A stretch of DNA of 63,279 bases, the filler included, from Reticulomyxa filosa (taxonomy: Eukaryota; Protista; Foraminifera), in assembly GCA_000512085.1 (NCBI GenBank). It is 22 parts of 22 records of this genome, joined end to end, with 100 filler letters (N's around TTAATTAATTAA, not from the genome) between each part and the next. Parts side by side here need not be neighbours in the genome. Positions count along the whole stretch, not along the records: positions 13,233 to 15,086 come from ASPP01021557.1; positions 15,187 to 16,462 come from ASPP01002472.1; positions 16,563 to 17,562 come from ASPP01040960.1; positions 17,663 to 29,782 come from ASPP01011809.1; 18 more parts are not named here. The stretch is one strand, 5' to 3'. Both the position numbers and the translations under genes were made by a program. Under the pieces are notes generated by a model. It was not told the origin of the DNA. It did not search any database and saw only the letters and a list, made by a program, of their open reading frames with translations. This document shows positions 13,803 through 25,671 of this stretch, one piece after another; position 1 is the first letter of the stretch; every line of letters starts with the position of its first letter.

Positions 13803-15086
13803 ATGAAGTTCCAACTGATTTTGTTGGGATTGTGGTCGACGATATACTCGAGCTTGAGTTCCAATCCTTACCACAGGAACTACGTAGTTGACCAGGGAGT
13901 GCTGTATTCCGTCGGTACTTGCGTCATCAGGTCATTTGGCGCAGGTGACTACTATTCAAGTGCGGTAGCGTATGAATGCAAGACTTCGCACTGGTTACGA
14001 AAGTACTATTGGAGTCATAACGGCAATAGTTCCTGTTTGAATGGTGATACAGATTATTCATATACTGATTATTTGTACAACACTTCCGCCATAGCGTTTT
14101 TTTGCAGCGGCAGTAATAACGCTTTTATGTGGATAAATTATACCTACCTGAACGCTACCAAGGGCTGTACAAATCGCTATAACGAATACTATTATCAGGT
14201 AACTTTAATCTTTGGATTTCGAGAGGAGGAATGAAGTATAATGTCGAGGGGGAAATTGTGCAAACATACAAAAACAATGAATCGACAGATTAACAGTGGA
14301 GTAAATAACGTATGTCTGCGACATCCAAGCAAATCAAATGTGTATGCTAAGTAATTTTTTTCTTTCGTGTGGCACTTACAAAAAAGGTCTTGTGGTCACT
14401 GCACTGTAAATTCGTGAAAACAGGTTTTATCAATGGAGCTGCTCAGGCGACCTGTTGTATAGTGAGTATACAGACCCAAGTTGTAAGAGTGGACTTTCAC
14501 TGGTTATTCATTACCCCGCTGGCCAGTGTGGAATGGGCCCTGTAATGTGCGATTCTTCGACTACGTATAACGCAATTGGACTTGGGACTCTTAGTAATGG
14601 TGGCAATTATAGTGGGGTTTATAATGGAGAAGGTTATGAGGACGGCGAAGTCATCGGAATCATTGGCATAATTTTTATGGTGGGAATGATCATCCTTGGT
14701 GTGGTTGTTTGCATTTGTGTTATCTTTTGCTGTTGGTGGTATGATTGTCCATGTTGCCCATGGTGGTATGCGTTTCAAATTTTATTGTGATCTTTTGCGT
14801 TGTTTTTTCGTATAAACACACATTAACCATAAATTAAACAGCATACGAGCTAAACCGGGTACTGTTACTATGGATAGCACAGTTCTTGTAGGTACAACGC
14901 AAGCGGGAGTACAGCTCAGTGTTGGGCAAGCAACGATCCAATATTCGTCACCGCAATACGTAAATCAATATCCACCTTCGGAACAAAATCAGGTTCAATA
15001 CATAGATCAAAATCCACAACAAATCCAAGCCAATCCAAATTATGTCGTCCCTGTTGACGTCCCAGCAAATAATGAACCAAATCAAC
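13803..15086 (+). CDS. Type I single-pass membrane protein (signal peptide, Cys-containing ectodomain, TM, juxtamembrane Cys cluster, Gln/Pro/Tyr tail), 3' truncated
   Basis: Exons 13803-14198, 14289-14350, 14424-14765 and 14842-end splice in frame through GT-AG introns. Signal MKFQLILLGLWSTIYSSLS, TM VIGIIGIIFMVGMIILGVVVCICVIF, then CCWWYDCPCCPWC. Confidence 0.8.
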
Positions 15087-15363
15087 NNNNNNNNNNNNNN
15101 NNNNNNNNNNNNNNNNNNNNNNNNNNNNNNTTAATTAATTAANNNNNNNNNNNNNNNNNNNNNNNNNNNNNNNNNNNNNNNNNNNNAAAATTTTCGAGAA
15201 AAAGTTGACAATCGTGCCTACGTCGTAACCATGAAACTTGCCAGCTTTTTTTAAAGCATTTTCAGAAAATTCTCAATGCGTAGATATTTGCAAAAAAAAG
15301 ATTAGGCTTCTACGTTGCGTAGTTTTTGAGAAAACTCAATTTCTTTGTCAACAAAATCCGCTA

Positions 15364-15432
15364 CAGTAGAATGCAAAGTAAAGTTGATACCTAAAACGGC
15401 ACCTCATAGTGATTGATTTTCTTCATGAAAGC
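15364..15432 (+). mobile_element. Diverged relative of the CAGTAG TIR family; the downstream contig is probably decayed element body
   Basis: TA|CAGTAGAATGCAAAGTAAAGTTGATACCTAAAACG...GATTGATTTTCTTCATGAAA aligns by eye with copy 1. Confidence 0.6.
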
Positions 15433-16562
15433 AATTGTTTGATTTGTTTAATTTATTTAATTTCTTGATTTATTCCTTTTATTTTCATCACTCCAACATT
15501 TCCATATTTCATCATTATTTGGTAATTTGAGCATGAAAGATTAAATTATTGTATTGAGAACTTTCAGTGAAAAAGTAATATCATTTGTCAAAAATTGTTT
15601 GTGTCCTTTTTAAAATAATGAAAGTATCAAAAACATGAATGTTGTACCTTTCTTTTTGAATTAACTTGTTTCCTTAAAAAATGACAGATGAAAATCAATT
15701 CTTAAGAATTTTGAAATGGTTTACACTTGTGTTCACATTTAGTTTTTGTCTGTACAAAATCCATCTTTCTTAGTGACATTAAAAAAACAGGACTCTATAA
15801 CATCTTAAACAAATTCCATTCATTCATCCTTTTTGGAGTTTTTAATGATGTTCTAAACTTTTTGTAAGTTATGCAACTTATAATTCCTGTTCAACCAATA
15901 TTTTACAAAAAAAACTTTGGAAAAAAAAAGTATATATGGATTGACTTGTCAATTCAATGACAACAAATCAATACACAACTATTTAATTTCTTGATTTTTC
16001 AGATGTAACATATTATTATATCTAAAAATAGAATTAAGTTGAGAAAATATTTATAATTGATTTCTTTTTATAGTAGTTGAATTTTTGAGATATTATAATT
16101 TTTTTTTTAGCTGGAAGATGTAATTTGTTAAATTGACACAAAGGCAAAATATTGTAAAACAAGCAACCTCACTCAAAATTGAATACAGTACTAAATAATA
16201 CAATACGTTACAAAGAGTAACTAATAAATAACATCCATGCTTCAACATTGAAGTAATAATTTTATTTTTAGAATTTGTTTAAGTGAAAATAGAATGCATC
16301 CTTTTATATAATTTCAAAATGATCTCAATTTAACCCGCAAAACTTTTTGATCATAACACAGTAGCATTACCAACCTCTGTGCAGCTAAGATAGAATCCAA
16401 AAAAAAAATCCATCATCGAGATAAACTTTTGAAAAAAAAGTTGTATTTTGAAGGAAGTCAAGNNNNNNNNNNNNNNNNNNNNNNNNNNNNNNNNNNNNNN
16501 NNNNNNTTAATTAATTAANNNNNNNNNNNNNNNNNNNNNNNNNNNNNNNNNNNNNNNNNNNN

Positions 16563-17562
16563 TATTCTCCTTTTTTTGTATAAATATTTCCCAAATTATT
16601 ATATAAAATAGAAATATCAGGATGCTCAGATTCTAATTTATTTAAATTAATTTTTAATGATTTTTCATAATATTCAATTGCTTTATCATATTCTCCTTTA
16701 TTACTATAAATACATCCTAAATTATTATATGAAATAGCAATATCAGGATGATTGGATCCTAGTTCATTTAAAATAATTTTTATATCTTTTTCACAATATT
16801 CAATTGCTTTATCATATTCTCCTTTACCATTATAAATATTCCCTAAATTATTATATAAAGTAGCAAGATTAAGATGATCAGGTCCAAATATATTTATATT
16901 AATTTTAAATGAATTTTCATAATATTCAATTGCTTTATTTTGTTCTCCTTTTTCTATATAAGCATCTCCTAAACTATTATATATAATAGCAATATCAGGA
17001 TGATTATATCCAAATTTATCTGATTTAATTTTTAATGATTTTTCATAATATTCAATTGCTTTATTATATTCACCTTTATTGCTATATGCTCTACCCAACC
17101 AAGAATAAGAATCAGCAATATTAATATGAGAATTATGTAATGTTTGTAATAAAAAACAAATTACAAAACGAAATAATTCTATTGCTTCATTTATTTTTGA
17201 TATTTCTAATAAATTTCTTCCTAATTCCATTATATTCTTTATATCAATAGGCCAAGAACAAGTAAAAACATGAAAACGAAAATGACAACAAATAATAGAT
17301 AAATTAGTAGAAATAAGTTGTTGAATAATATGATAATTTCCAAATCCATTCATAATACAATTTACAACATAAACACATCCATCAAATATAATATTTTTTG
17401 AATGAAATAAAGAAATAGAATATTGTCCAATTATTAATTTTTTTTTCATATATTTATTTGAAGTAATCACCATTGAGAAAGGAATATTATTAATTTGATA
17501 TAATTTATTATTTGATTTTGCCAATTGTTCAATATTCTTTGCAACAACAACAATTCCTTGTT
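16563..17562 (-). CDS. Tetratricopeptide repeat protein (42-aa kinesin-light-chain-type TPR array), partial
   Basis: Repeats of HPDIAxxYNNLGxxYxxKGEYDKAIEYYEKSLKI with a 42-aa period. The ORF runs off the contig. Confidence 0.92.
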
Positions 17563-17662
17563 NNNNNNNNNNNNNNNNNNNNNNNNNNNNNNNNNNNNNN
17601 NNNNNNTTAATTAATTAANNNNNNNNNNNNNNNNNNNNNNNNNNNNNNNNNNNNNNNNNNNN

Positions 17663-17778
17663 GATTTGTAGATATTTTTTTAAAAAAAATTAGGTCTAAA
17701 TGTTGATTTTTCATGGAGAAAATCAATTATTATCATATGATATCGTTTTAGGCGTTCAGTTTTATTTGCAACTTACTG
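17663..17778 (-). mobile_element. DNA transposon terminus (TIR), copy 3
   Basis: The plus strand ends ...TTTGCAACTTACTG|TA, the reverse complement of the copy 1 start. It runs to the contig start. Confidence 0.8.
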
Positions 17779-17780
17779 TA

Positions 17781-18350
17781 TAATGTGCCTACAGCTTCAT
17801 TGGATGTATCAAATATACAATAAATAGTTGTTTTGCTTTAGATATCGCAATAACTGAACATGTGAAATTGCAAGTTTCAATTTTTCAAATGCTTTGTCTG
17901 TATTCGTTAAAAATCTATTTTGAATTCTTTCAAAGTAATTTATCAACTTGGACAAATTTGTTATGAATTTGGCGATCAATCGCACTAAATATAATAATCT
18001 TTCTAATTGCTTTTTTGGTTTTAGTATATTTAAAATCTTTTTTGTATAGCTTGATTTTACCTATATCTTTGCTGATAAAAAATGATTTAATTTTGGAAAA
18101 ATTCTCATTTATATGTAGACAGTTTCAATTATACTTTAAAAAGTACATGAATATTTCAGTTAATACTTTTATATTTGATTCTTCGGAGTTGCTGGTAATT
18201 AGGACGTCATCAATATAAACGTCAACATCATCCATATAACTAAATAAAAATGTCATTATGTATTCGGATGTGGCTGGTGCATTTGTAAATCCAATCATGC
18301 AAAGAAAAAAGAAAGTCTGCAGCTAAATAAAGCAATTTTTCGTCTTTGAA
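17781..18350 (-). mobile_element. Ty3/Gypsy LTR-retrotransposon pol relic (RT to start of RNase H)
   Basis: Minus-strand translation CMIGFTNAPATSEYIMTFLFSYMDDVDVYIDDVLITSNSEE matches Gypsy MPFGLxNAPATF...VYIDDILI. FDTSNEAVGTL at about 17781-17815 matches RNase H TDASxxAxGAVL. Stops and frameshifts lie between. Confidence 0.8.
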
Positions 18351-18528
18351 AACATAAAAAATGTTTTAGACTTGAATTTTTTTGGAATTTCGTATTCTTT
18401 GTATAGAATTATTGGATCTTAATTTTACTTATTTGTACTGGCGTTTTGTATTTAGCATATTTTTTAACACTGTTTTCAGCAGCGGTGAGCAAGCCTCCTT
18501 TTTGAGGGCGGAAGTCAAGGGAAAGATA

Positions 18529-21500
18529 ATGACAGAAGAATTTGAAACAAATGAAATAGAGCCTCTTGCAACTTTAAAAAATAATCTGAAAGGAGATAAC
18601 AGTACTGGAGTTGACAAAATGACAGAAACTAACTGCAAAGCAGAGACAAACGAACATTATGTTCCCACAGCAACGATCCCACAAACGCCTTCACCTTCGC
18701 GCTCACACTCTCATCCCCATTTCCATAGCCACGTTCAAAGGCAACCCAAAGAAGAGTCCAAAATGCAAGCAACCGATTCAAATAACGAAAATCTGAGAAG
18801 AGATATAGAAGAAAACGTCATTGACAGCTGCAAAAAAAACAAAAGTGCAAACGACGGAATTTCGGTTAATGTGCAAAATAATATTATCTCAAATGAATAT
18901 ATTAGCAATGTTCAAGCAGCACATCTTTTGACACCCAATCCAAAAGAACACACGGAGACCAAAATTAATGAGACACCACAAAGGTAAGAAACTGTGTGCA
19001 TGTACCAAAGGAAAGAGAAGAGAAAGTACACAAAGAAAAGAAATTTTTTTACGATGCAACTCAGTAAATTTGGCATAAGTCACATCCACAGTTCTTCCTT
19101 TTTTTACATAACGTGTATTCCAATAAGTGTAATGTGTTGGTGAGGGTAGTTCGAAGATGCGGGAATGTTTTTCTTCCCCAGAAGCGACGGCTAGTTGTGT
19201 GTCGCCAAACCCGACTCAATTCCGCGGGAATAACGCATTGGAAGTATTGACGGAATCTGAAATCGAAGAAAGTGAACAGAAAATGTTGGTACGAGAAAAG
19301 CATTTAAAGAAGAGACGTAGTAGCAAACGCAAAAAATGTGATGAATATAAACAAATGGACAAGAGTAAAAACGATGACATGAGTCAGAGTAGTGTAATGT
19401 CATCCACACTCACTGCCATGGCCAATGACGGCATTGCAAGAAAGAAGGTAATCATTGGTGATAGCACTTTGATGATTCAGCAAATATCTACTGTTGCTAC
19501 CACCGAAAAAGAAACAGAAAACAAAAATGTAGCATTCAAAGTACTCGAATCAAATACAAAACGGTTTCGACCATTCCAACGACGAGTGTCGTATCCTTTT
19601 TCGATAAATCCTACTCCCATTCATAATGCCGATCCTATTTCTAAACACCACGCGTATTGTTCTTGGATGATGATGGAAACAGAAAAGGTACGTATAACCA
19701 CGCCAGGCGATGCAATAGTGAGAACATTGGCATAGATGCTTGTCCTTCATCGCACTTTGCATTGGTAAATAGCAATGTCCATCTCGCCAATAATAATGTC
19801 TGTCATGAGATCGGCCAAAAACATGCTGTTACGCTGCCTCCGTCGTTAGCAGTTATGGAACAATACCCACTTGCGCCCACTGTTCCACCATCGCTCACCA
19901 TTCCTATCATTGATAACCCTACTCACAATGTCGCTATCACCAGAACAAAGATTAATGTTGCCAAGACGTCCTCAGGTTGCGCAAGGATTTTCCTTGTAAA
20001 TATTTTTTTTCTGTTTGCACAATAAAAACATCAATATGATTGTGATTGTTACATCACGTATACAAATATATTGATCATACAACATTTTAAAAAATAATTT
20101 GGGGGGGGGGAACAAAAAAAAAAAAAGATAAGAAAACCAAAAAAATTTGGCAATATCATTACGAGAGCTGAGTACCTACATATTTAAAAAAGAATTGAGT
20201 GCAGAAGTAGAGCACAAACATCAAGTAAGAAAATGGTACAGCCCCACCCGTTGCTTGGATTTTTGCATGCATCGCACGGCTATTGGACGACTGTTAATAA
20301 TGCTGTTGTCGTGGACACCAGTAGTGGACTATTGCAAAGATTTTTATGTCATGTTTCATTTGCTGATGTTACAGCGTGTCAAATACTTTGTGTTGTCGTC
20401 CATTATCTTGTTTTTGTCCTTGCGCTTGTTCCTGTTCCTAAGAGCCACAGATGACGACAAGGTGTCGCTGTGGAAATTGTTCCTTTTTTATATCCCCGGT
20501 CGGTTTGGATCGATTCGAGATTCGATAGCAAGGCTGATATTGCTGTATGTTGTTTGTGGGAAGCTCTAATTCTCATTGGGACACCATTTGTGCCATTTTA
20601 TTTAATTTACTTGTCCATGAAGGTTCGATTTTGTTTTATTTGCACACATACGCGTGCATGTGTGTACATCTTTTTTTGTATTTTGAAAATAGAAATCATT
20701 ATCTTTATTCCATGGAACAGCCAACTTTGAGAATCCATATTTGTTAGTGTACACAGTTGTGGAATGTATATTTGAAACAATTCCACAACTGATATTGCAA
20801 ACGTACATCTATTGGACACATCGGATGGACAAAGAAGGCGCAATTGATAAACCGGTAATCTATTTTGCGTGGGCAATTATGGGGATTGTGTTGGTGAAAA
20901 TTTTGATAATTATATGGTGGAATTGGCGTATCATCTATCGCTTGTCTTTCAAGCGACGACACAACGCAGAAGTGACGAGTGTACACAACCACCCGTATTT
21001 AGATTTAATTGCATCTGGCTCTTGTGACTACACCGTCTTAGTGTACGATGTCGTGGACCGCGAACTTGTGAAAACCAAACGCGTGTTGGATCACAACTTT
21101 TATGTTCACTGTGTGAGATGGTCTCCCGATGGTAATTTACTGGCAGTAGCTGGACAAGGTATTGACATTTGGGACTGGAGAGAAGGAAAAAAAGTGCATC
21201 ACTTTCCAAAAAATTACACGAGAGATTTATTGCGTCGTAAAAAAAGACTGAGAAGAAAAGAAGTAAAAGACTGTGTATGGGATCCCAACGGCCGTTATTT
21301 GTTGTTTTGCATTGGCAAATCATTAACAATTTACGATATCAAACAAGCAATCGAAGTAACAAGAGTAAAAGCTCAACAAGGAAATTATAGCAATGCTCTC
21401 AATGACATTCAATGTGTGTGTATTTCCCCGAGTATGAAATATGCTGCCATTGGTATATTTCACTCTCAAATCAACGTATTCAAACTGAATTTGCAAAATT

Positions 21501-22121
21501 CAAAAAAATCAAAGCAGTACGCTTGTTGAAAAAAATTCCAATTCAAGCGATCTCTTATCTTCTCCGATTTGTGAATTTGTTGCGGTCGTTCATGGTCATC
21601 ATTCTTCTGTTAACTGCATTACCTTCGATAAAAGTGGACAATACTTGATTAGTGGCAGTTCAGACGCTAGTATAATCATATGGGATAGCAATATGAATTG
21701 GCAGCCCATCGCTACCTTCAAAAAACATCAAAAAGAAGTCAAATGTTTGAGTGTGGATGTTACGAATCGATATATTTGCAGTGGTGATGTGGATGGCTTT
21801 GTGTATATGTATTATTTGACAACATCAGAATCCAAATCTGCACTCCTCACGTCACGTTCACAAACGATCAAAGAAGAACTCCGCAATAGCAGAGCACAAA
21901 GTTATTCTCAAGAAAATCAATCTATCCTCGAAAGCAACCTTAACGAATGTACCGAAGTGTGTATGTTTAAAGTGGCGAGTACTGTCCACGGCGTTCATTT
22001 TTCACCTTATAATGAATTTATAACGTGCGTATGTGATGACCATAATGTCATCTTGTTACCACTTCCGGATGAGTGTGCTATGTGTAAACAAGGTGACCAT
22101 TTTTCATATACACTGAGTTAA
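18529..22121 (+). CDS. Multi-exon protein: disordered N-terminus, XK-related (Xkr-like) membrane domain, C-terminal WD40 repeats
   Basis: TM block with DFYVMFHLL...YFVLSSIILF and VECIFETIPQLILQTYIY (XK-type ExxPQLxLQ), in the same ORF as WD40 repeats (HNAEVTSV..IASGSCDYTVLVYD; VRWSPDGNLLAVAG..IDIWD). A further WD40 (ISGSSDASIIIWD) follows. Several apparent frameshifts. Confidence 0.75.
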
Positions 22122-22574
22122 GAAAAGTCGTGAGAATTTTCAGAGATTTTTTTTTGGAAATGGACCATTTATTTATTTTGTCCAATCGTATTTTAATTAG
22201 TGTTTCCTTTTTTAGGTTATTTTCTTGTCGACAAAATATGTACAATTCTTTTTGTATTTACTAATGATTATAATCCATACTTTTTCATCCGAGTAAGATT
22301 CCCGAGTTTTTGAAACTCTAGCCCACTCCAAGTTGTCTTTTTGGAAACTCGTTATTGTTTGTTGAAATTCGTAAGATATGACTACTTTGGAAGTATTTTT
22401 TCACCTTGATTAATTGTAAAATGGAATTATTGAGAAACATTTCCGATGGATGCACATCAACACAATAATTTTTCTACTTTTGATAAAAACAACAACAAAA
22501 ATAATGAAAGTGAAGGGAGGAGGGAGAGGAAAAAAAAGATAAACTTAGAAAAGAAACAACTGAGGCAGTGTAGA

Positions 22575-24054
22575 TTAATCCTGGTTTTGAAACCGGCTGA
22601 TATCAGGCATAGCGTCCTTCTTACACTTGTTCAAGAATGTATTTACTTCAATTAATTGCCTTTCTCTTTCCACAAGAGTCTCACGACAAATTTTTCTTTC
22701 ATCAAACAAGACATTGCATCACAACAAAAAGCAAACAATACATACATTTTTGCTTTCCTTGTTTTTGTTGATTGTAACAATACAACGATAATACACCACT
22801 GATTTTCTCCAATTTTTTGTTGTTTGCCATTGTGCGAGTTGTGTTTCTTCTTTGGACACCAGAAGATTCACACAATTCTTACAAACTCCAGACTTCCAAG
22901 CTTTGTTGTAGTGGCACACAACAATTGATGAAAGATGGGGCACGGGGAGAGAAAAAAAAAGAGTGAGTGAGTACGATTCCAAATTCAAAAATCGGTGACG
23001 ATATCCTCATCATTGAAATTATATTATATTTGAACAAAACTGCGCTTGTTTTATTTGATCGGTTTTCATTTGAAGAGCGTTATATTCCACCTGAAGTTCT
23101 TTGAATTCATGGAGAAGATGAGCATAGTCTAATGTTGAATTAGACTGGATTGTAGCGTTTTGGTCTGAGTTGACAGTCGTCATTGTTTTATCATCACCAA
23201 GAGGTGTTAGTGGTTGTGACGGAGGTGTATCGGAGGATACTGTTGAAAGAGTGTCTGGATTCGAGCAGTTCCATTGCATAACAAGTGCAACCAGCAAAAG
23301 ACAAGCCAAACAGCCTAGTGCAGTTACAGTCAACGTGAATCTGTTGCAAAAGTATGTATCTGCTGAAGTTGTTGCTGCTGTTGTCGCTGTTGTTTCTGTT
23401 GTTGTTGTTGTTGTCGTTTCTGCTGTTGTTGCTACCGTTGTTTCTGCTGTTGTCTCTAGTGTTTGATGTTTATGTGGACGTATGTCCGTTTCCAAAAGGG
23501 GAGACTCGGACAAGTGATTTTTATCATTAGCATATACTTCGGACAATAAATCTAAACACAAAGGGGCTGGACATGGGCCATTCGTATTGCCAGCGTGATT
23601 TTCCAGCTCGCTCGTTCTTATATACTCGCTTTCTTTTTGTTGTTGAAAAATTGATTTCGATGTTGATGCGTCAAGCATTTTCACAGGATTTGAAACACCT
23701 AACATCATTTTTGATGGGTCATGCGCATCACTCTTTTCTGTTCTTTTTATCAGATTTGACTGATCATGGGCTACAATTTGGGTTATAGCTGTTGACACTA
23801 AACAGTTTTGCGCTTTGGATAATGCTTTTCCAGTATTCCCGCTCCCTCTACATTTTTTTTGCTTGCTCTTTCTGTTCTATTTTTTCTTCTGTTTCTAATG
23901 TCAACATCATTGCATCTTTTTGGTTTTCTTCATTTTTTCCGTCCTTAGTTTTGGCGCCTTTGCTCGAAAAGCTAACATCTGTCCGCAATCGTTTAGGTTG
24001 GAAGAAGAAATCATCTTTATTCTCCAATTGTGATCTTTTTCTGGCGTTAGTCAT
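22575..24054 (-). CDS. Hypothetical single-pass membrane protein with Thr-rich tract and C-terminal coiled coil
   Basis: ORFs 23848-24054 and 23019-23798 (ETTAETT repeat, TM LTVTALGCLACLLLVALVM, heptad-like HEFKELQVEYNALQ) plus short downstream exons. Confidence 0.65.
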
Positions 24055-24657
24055 CCGTAGTCTTTATAGATTTAGAAAAAGAGGAAAAGTTTCTTGTAGG
24101 TGAAGAAGGGAAAGAAAAAAAGCACAAGCAACACTAAAAAACTTTGTGAGAGGAGTTTTTAGTACCAATTACCGGATAGTTTCTGAAATGAGATATCTTG
24201 GAATATTTTTAATCTTTTTTTTTACATCACTTTTTGCGTCACAAATATGCATCTTTTGGGAACGTTCCTGTCAGATTCTTTGCCCCTCTAAAGGCAGTCT
24301 TTGTACGTGGATCAATTTTTTCACCCACAACTTTACATGAAAACAGAAATTTGTTTGTTCGCTTGTGATATGGTTTGCATAATAGCAAATGGTAAATTGA
24401 AATATTGATAAATACAAAAACAAACAAAGTGCAATTTTTATTTTTACAAAGAGGCAATATGTTGAAAGGCCCGTTCCCCTAAAAAAAAAACGCGAATATT
24501 TTAGCGCAATTAAACAAAATACTTTATTACATCTTTTTTTTAAGATTATTTGACTCCAAATCATACAACAAAATAACGAATTACAAGGACAAGACAAAAA
24601 AAAAAAAAAAAAGAGAAGAAAGCATGAAAACAAAAACAAAACAACAGCAACAAATAT

Positions 24658-25639
24658 TCATGCGCCCGCTTTACTTATGTCGACATCTCCATACACAAAC
24701 CCGCGAAGCTAATGTTTGAATTTAAGCATAAAGCAAACCAGACAGAGAAAACAAAGCAAAGCTACTTGTATTTATCTGCTTTTCAATAATAAAAAATAAA
24801 GCATACCGCCCCAACAAGTTTGCCATATAATAAGATTGGCACTTCGAAATTTTTGGGAGCATTGGCATCTCGTTTGACTCGACTGATGTCAAGAGTTTTG
24901 GTCGTCGGATTGTGCGGCTGAGCTTGCGAAGTGTCAAGCTTGCGATCACGTTCATGTTTTTTGTGTTTATTTTTATCAATTCGTTGCTGTTCTTCAATTC
25001 GTTTTTGAATAAGTCGCTCCTTTCTCTTTTCTTCTTTGTCCTGTCTTTCATTTTTTTTATCCTCTATTTCGTCATATTGCGAGTTATTATATTCGATTAT
25101 CTTGCCAATTTGATCATAGCTGGATTTTTTATGTTCAATGTTATTTCCATTACTTGAATCGTATTTCTCTGGCACATTTATCAAAGTTAAGTTTCTCTTT
25201 TCGTTTTCAAAAATTGTCGCTTGCTGGTTTTTTTCAAATAATTGTTCTTTCATTTCGTCAATCCTCGCCAACAGTTTTATCGGAAACGCATTGAGTAGCG
25301 ATATGGTTGCATAGCCAATGACCTGGGACGACTTGGAAGCATTGGTGAATTCCACAAACACGTGCGTATGCGACAAGTACTCGGGATCGGTAATATAAGG
25401 TTGCAAAATGCATTGAGTTTCCAATTCAATACCTGGCCAAGAAAACGCGTTAAAATGACTTTCAAACGATCCACCTACTATGTGTTCCTTTTTTTTTTTT
25501 TTAACTAATTGAATATTGAGCAGAAGTAAAGAAGATACAAACATATATATATATACATAAATATAAACACAGAAATACGAATGATAATATATCTACACAT
25601 ACAATATATATATATATATGTATATATGCATATATGTAC

Positions 25640-25671
<32 letters not shown>

